A stretch of 64,000 bases of DNA, from the NCBI RefSeq assembly GCF_006345805.1, contig NC_043021.1, positions 14,384,001 to 14,448,000 of the forward strand, given 5' to 3'. Shown piece by piece: positions 40,583-64,000 of the stretch. A program made the position numbers and the translations under genes. This DNA comes from Octopus sinensis (Eukaryota). The notes under the pieces are model-generated. The model was not told the origin of the DNA. It searched no databases and saw only the letters and a list, made by a program, of their open reading frames with translations. Position 1 is the stretch's first letter. Every line of letters begins with the position of its first letter.

Positions 40583-41444
40583 ATCGAATTCAATCAACTT
40601 TCATGGTAGAGTGATGTAAATATTGATTTCAAATTTTCGCACAGAGCCAACAATTTCGGGGAAGGGGTTAAGCCGATTACATCGACCCCAGTGTTCAATT
40701 TCTACTTATTTAATCGACCCTGAAAGGATGAAAAGCAAAGTCGACCTCGGCGGAATTTGAACTCAGAAAGGAAAGACGGACGAAATACTGCTAAGAGTTT
40801 TGCCAGCTCGTCCCCTTTTAGGTAACGTAAATAAGGTGGCTAACAGGGGAGGCAACTCCCATTATTAACAGTAACTCTTTCTTTGCAGTAACAGATTTAT
40901 TTCCCTTGTTAAATTTGCCATTTACATTGGTGAATATGCGATTTGTAGTTTAATTTCGTATTGCAAATCCAGAACAGCTTCAAACGTTGGATATACACGT
41001 TCAAATCGGGTCGCAACGTGTTTAGGGCGTCTTTAGCGACGAAAGTGAAGAGGGAATAGGCGAAAGACACACATCAACCTATAAAGATGTATGTATTTGC
41101 ACACACATTTATATAATACATACGTTACACAGTATATACAAAACTACTATTATTCATATGTATGTATACATATATTAAAACGTATATATTACGAGCGTGT
41201 ATATACATAGGCATATAAACATACAAATAAATTCTTTTATTCTTTTTCTTGTTTCAGTAATTTCACTACGGCAATGCTGGAGCACCACCTTTAGTCGAAC
41301 AAATCGACCCCAAAACTTATTCTTTGTAAGCCTAGTACTTATACTATCGGTCACTTTTGCCGAACTGCTAAGTTACGGGGACGTAAACACACTAGCATCG
41401 GTTGTCAAGTTATGTTGGGGGGACAAACACAGACACACAAACGT

Positions 41445-41486
<42 letters not shown>

Positions 41487-43942
41487 ACGACGGGCTTCTT
41501 TCAGTTTCCGTCTACCAAATCCACTGACAAGGCTTTCGTCAGCCTAAGGCTATAATAGATATACTTACGTTTGTGTATGTGTGTGTGTGTGTGTGTGTGT
41601 TTCTTTGTGTGTGTGTTTGTCTGTGTGTGAACTCACACGCAATTGAGTGGACGAACAAAAGAAAGCAACACTCAACATATTTGCTTGGAGTTACTTGTAT
41701 AGGTTTGCTTCACTCGTGTTCGTCACTGTTTCTCCCTCTTCACGGAGGCAGGGTTCCTCTACATTCCATTCCACCGTTGGCTCTGACAGTGATAACCGTA
41801 CAATGCATAAACCCAGCAACTAGCCTCTCCTCATGTCACCATAAGTACACAAAGGGTGATTATTGATGTTGCCTTCGAAGCAGGACAAGTAGCCAGACCT
41901 CGTCTGACTGATATACTGCTTTCTCTTCTTGTAGGATTAGCCAAGAATATCTCTCCCTTCTACTCTCTTCATATCCACCTCTTTCCATAGATCTTTACAG
42001 TGGTCAATACCAGGAACACTTTCCTGAAGATCATCAAATCTGTTGGGTCAGTGATTGCAACCTCTTCTGCTTTCTGATTTCTAGCATAATCAGAAAATTT
42101 CAATCATGAGAGAGAAGTGTAATCGATTATATCGATTCTAGAATTCAACTGGGATTTGTTTTATTGCTCACGGAAAGATATGAGGCAAAGTTCACTTTGG
42201 AAAGTTTTTAAATTAAAAATCGATCTCATCAAATTTCAGTGAAAAGAATTTGATTAATAGTTTAAGGCAATCGTTATCAATCGCGGTTCACCTAGCCCTT
42301 CGGCGTCCACCTGGCTCTTCGGCGTCCACCTGACCCTTAGGGGTTCAAAATTTATCTGAAATAAAGTGCTTATACTGCTACAATACACAAAATATTTCTT
42401 GAGAATTTTTTCATAAAACTCCTAATTTAACGATAAAAATATAAAGGGAGTTTTCAGACATCAAATGGCTACGGGGGTTTCTCCCTATCCCACCCCGAGT
42501 AAAATAAGAGTCAAAGGGGTCCAGAGATAAAAAATAAAAAAGAAAGTAGCTGAGAACCACTGGCTCAAGGCAAAGTCAAGACACACCGACAACGACGTCT
42601 TCAGATATTACAAGTTGATTGACATAGCAAAAAAGATTAAAGGCGGCGAACGAGGTGAATGATTAGCACGCCGAACAAAATGTTTAGCAGCGTTTCTTTC
42701 GGCTTTATGTTCCACTAAGATCGACTTAGCTTTCGTTCTTTCGGGTTTTGAGACTACAGTTGTTGGCATCCTTTTGTCTCGGGAGACAATGGAGTTGCGC
42801 ATAAACTAATTCAGTCTGGTTTTCACATTTCGTGTCCTCTCGAGTTTTGCGCAGGCCTGGGCTAGATGTAAGAAAATCCTGGGTAGCCCAATCGTCAGGA
42901 TTCCTCTCTCGACCTTGCTGACGTAGTCCCAAAGGAGTGCAGAGCATTACATTTGGCACCAGTTTTCTTGCAGCAGGAGCTGCCGCAAGAGTGTCGAGTC
43001 GAACACTAAACCGCCTGCGGGGCTCCACTTCGGATTTCTTTGAAGGTTGTCTCCTTTCCGTAACCCTGGATAGGGGCCCATACCGGATACTGTCAGCCAG
43101 AGCCATTAAGACCAAAAAGAAAAAAAAATCTAAGGAAAAGAACTTTTGGCAAGAGTTATTTCCCTTGCATAACTTTTTTTCCTTACCTAATAAAATATGG
43201 CACAATTTTTGGGTTCAGTTTTACATTGATTACTGCTATTCACTAAAGCGTAAGCACCGCTAATTAACAGTTTTAGCATTACTAATTAGCACAGTATTAG
43301 TATTGCCAGTGAGTTTATTGTTTCAACTATGATAATCACGTTTCTTAATCTTGCACACATGCAGTGTCACTCCTCGCTACTGACCAATAGAATATTTTAC
43401 TTGGTGTCTTTGATGACCCAATGCTGTTTGCCCGAAAGAATAAAGGCAAAGTCGACCTCAGCGGAACTTGAACTCAGAACGTAACAGCAGACAAAATACA
43501 GCTACGCATTTCGCCCGGCGTGCTAACGACTCTCCCAATAATAATAATCCTGTCTACTATAGACATAGGGGCTGAACTTTTGCAGTAATGGTAAATCAAT
43601 TACATCGACCCCATTGCTCAACTGATATTTATTTCAGTGACCCTGCAAGAATGAAAGGCAAAGGCTAACAGCAGAGGCATTTGAACTTGGACTGTAAATC
43701 TAGAAGAAATGCCACTATGCATTTTGTCCTGAATGTTACCAATTCGACCAGCTCACCACCTCAATAATAGTCATTTCAAAATATTGGCACAAGGCTGGTC
43801 ATTGAGGCAATTATGTTGACTCCAATACTTGGCTGGTATTTTCTTTTATCAATCCTGAAGGAAGAACAGCTAAGTTGGCTTCATCAGAATTCAAACTCAA
43901 AACATAAAGAGTTGGAACAGATACCACTAAGCATTTTACCTG

Positions 43943-44190
43943 CCATGAAAACAGCTCCTGCAGAAGGGGGTTAAGTTGATTACAGCTAAGCATGGCATGA
44001 TAGCAGCTCCTTCAGAAGGGGGTAAGCTGTTTACAGCTAAGCATGGCATGATAACAGCTCCTGGAGAAGGGGGTTAAGTTGATTACAGCTAAGCATAGCA
44101 TGATAACAGCTCCTGGAGAAGGGGGTTAGTTGATTACAGCTAAGCATAGCATAATAACAGCTCCTACAGAAGGGGGTTAGTTGATTACAT
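43943..44190. repeat. 51-52 bp minisatellite, ~5 copies, between SINE B fragments
   Basis: tacagctaag at 43981, 44032, 44084, 44135. Confidence 0.85.
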
Positions 44191-44552
44191 CGACCCCAGT
44201 GATCAACTGGTGCTTATTTTATCGACTCTAAAAAGATGAAAGGCAATGTCTGCCTTGGCAGAATTTGAACTCAGAACATAAAAACAAATGAAATGTTGCT
44301 AACCATTTTGCCCAGCATGCTAACAGTTCTACCAACTCGTCACTTGGTATAATAATAATACTTTCTAATTCTGGCACAAGGCCAGCAATTTTGAAGGGAG
44401 GGAGTCAGCGGATAACAGCAACCCTAGTGTTCAACTGATAGCTTGTAAAAACCTTGGCAGGATTTGAACCTAGAAAGTAAAGGGGTACAATGAAATAGAG
44501 GAAGGCATTTTTGTCCAATGCTCCATCGAATCTGTCAATCTTCCCACCCCAC

Positions 44553-44866
44553 CAACGCCGCGACCGCCCCCACGAGGGGGACGGCAGCCGGACGCGAAGG
44601 AGAGTGGCGACAACAGCAAGGCCGAGCCGCGCGCGGAGCTACCGACGACGGCTTCGGCACCGCCGTGCTACCGGAAAAGCACTAATCGACGACTAGTTAG
44701 CAGGCCGGAGTCTCGTTCGTTATCGGAATCAACCAGATGGATCGCTCCACTAACTAAGAACGGCTATGCACCACCACCCACCAAATCGAGAAAGAGCTAT
44801 CGATCTGTCAATCCTACCGGTATCCAGACCGGGTGAGTTTTCCCATGTTGAGTCAAATTAAGCCGC

Positions 44867-44912
<46 letters not shown>

Positions 44913-44940
44913 TGTTTTGCAACCATACTCCCTGAAACCC
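44553..44940 (-). pseudogene. 18S rRNA fragment: conserved core plus adjacent GC-rich expansion (V7 region)
   Basis: Plus strand carries antisense SSU motifs ccgtcaattcctttaagttt, gttgagtcaaattaagccgcaggctccactcctggtggtgccc and gtctcgttcgttatcggaat. Isolated ~390 bp with substitutions in normally invariant positions. Confidence 0.9.
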
Positions 44941-45044
44941 TGATGCCAACAATTCAACAAACCTTGAAAGTAATAAAGGAATGAACCAACAAAGGGAAGA
45001 AAGAAAGGAAGAATAAGAAAGAAAAGAAGAAATTTTCAATATAT

Positions 45045-45050
45045 TTTATT
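45045..45050 (-). terminator. Candidate PSMC2 polyadenylation signal AATAAA
   Basis: tttatt on plus strand about 145 nt past the stop, followed on the minus strand by a U/pyrimidine-rich tract. Confidence 0.6.
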
Positions 45051-45193
45051 CAGCAAAAATTGATGTGAAGGAGTTTTGACATAAGAAAACAGTTTTAAAA
45101 AAAACATTTAAGCTTAAAATATATTAATCTAGATATATAGAGAAAGAGAGAGGGAGAGGCTAAGAATGAGAGAGATATAACCATGATAGATCT

Positions 45194-63482
<18,289 letters not shown>

Positions 63483-64000
63483 CTGAAACAATAAACACAT
63501 AAATATTAGATATATGGGTGTCTGCACACATGTACACACAGACACACACACATATACATTAAACCAAAGACTGGGATTTATATTATCTTTAATTCCGGTC
63601 TCTGATGTAATGTAATTCATATTTTGCAACCAGGAATTTCAGCTTATATGGATAGTTTTCTTCCTCAAGATAAGCCACTGCACAGATATGCACCTTGATA
63701 GCCAGTATTCACTGTAATGCTTACTGAGGATTCAGCTTAGATCTTAAGCCCCTTTATCTCATCATTATAATCATCATTTAATATCCATTTTCCATGCTGG
63801 CATGGGTTGGACAGGGCTGGTAAGCCAGAGAACAGCACCAGGCTACAGTCTGATTTGGCATGGTTCTATGACTGGATACCCTTCCTAATGGCAACCACTT
63901 TACAGGGTGTGCTGGGTGCTTTTACCTAGCACCGCACCAGCACAGGACTCTTTCAGCTCAATCCTCTTCACCAGAGGGAGGCTTATTGTTTCTGCTGTGG

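Noticed and set aside
44553-44940. Functional rDNA unit
   Set aside because: Only ~390 bp, mutated in conserved positions, with no ITS, 5.8S or 28S nearby.

Overview
Repeat-rich, AT-rich eukaryotic DNA. The SINE/LINE content and the GC-rich 18S expansion point to a coleoid cephalopod, probably Octopus (inference, no search run). The one clear host gene is the 26S proteasome AAA-ATPase Rpt1/PSMC2 on the minus strand: 11 coding exons from 63482 down to the stop at 45194, all GT-AG and in frame, with exon 1 not found (probably beyond 64000). The rest is mostly mobile DNA: an RTE LINE (28100-31039) with many truncated 3' ends, other RTE/CR1 fragments, three SINE families, a decayed Merlin (IS1595/ISXO2-like) transposase, a 687-bp foldback element with telomeric hexamers, mariner/Tc1/hAT/piggyBac remnants, a 148-162 bp satellite, minisatellites, long microsatellites, a 100-N gap and an 18S rRNA fragment. 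The most interesting signals are several type-I hammerhead ribozyme motifs in Penelope-like inverted repeats, inverted SINE pairs around PSMC2 exons whose codons could be restored by A-to-I editing, and an orphan CRE/CCAAT/ETS promoter cluster near 6.3 kb. Almost all listed ORFs are microsatellite or repeat artefacts. Coordinates were counted by eye; repeat boundaries are approximate.
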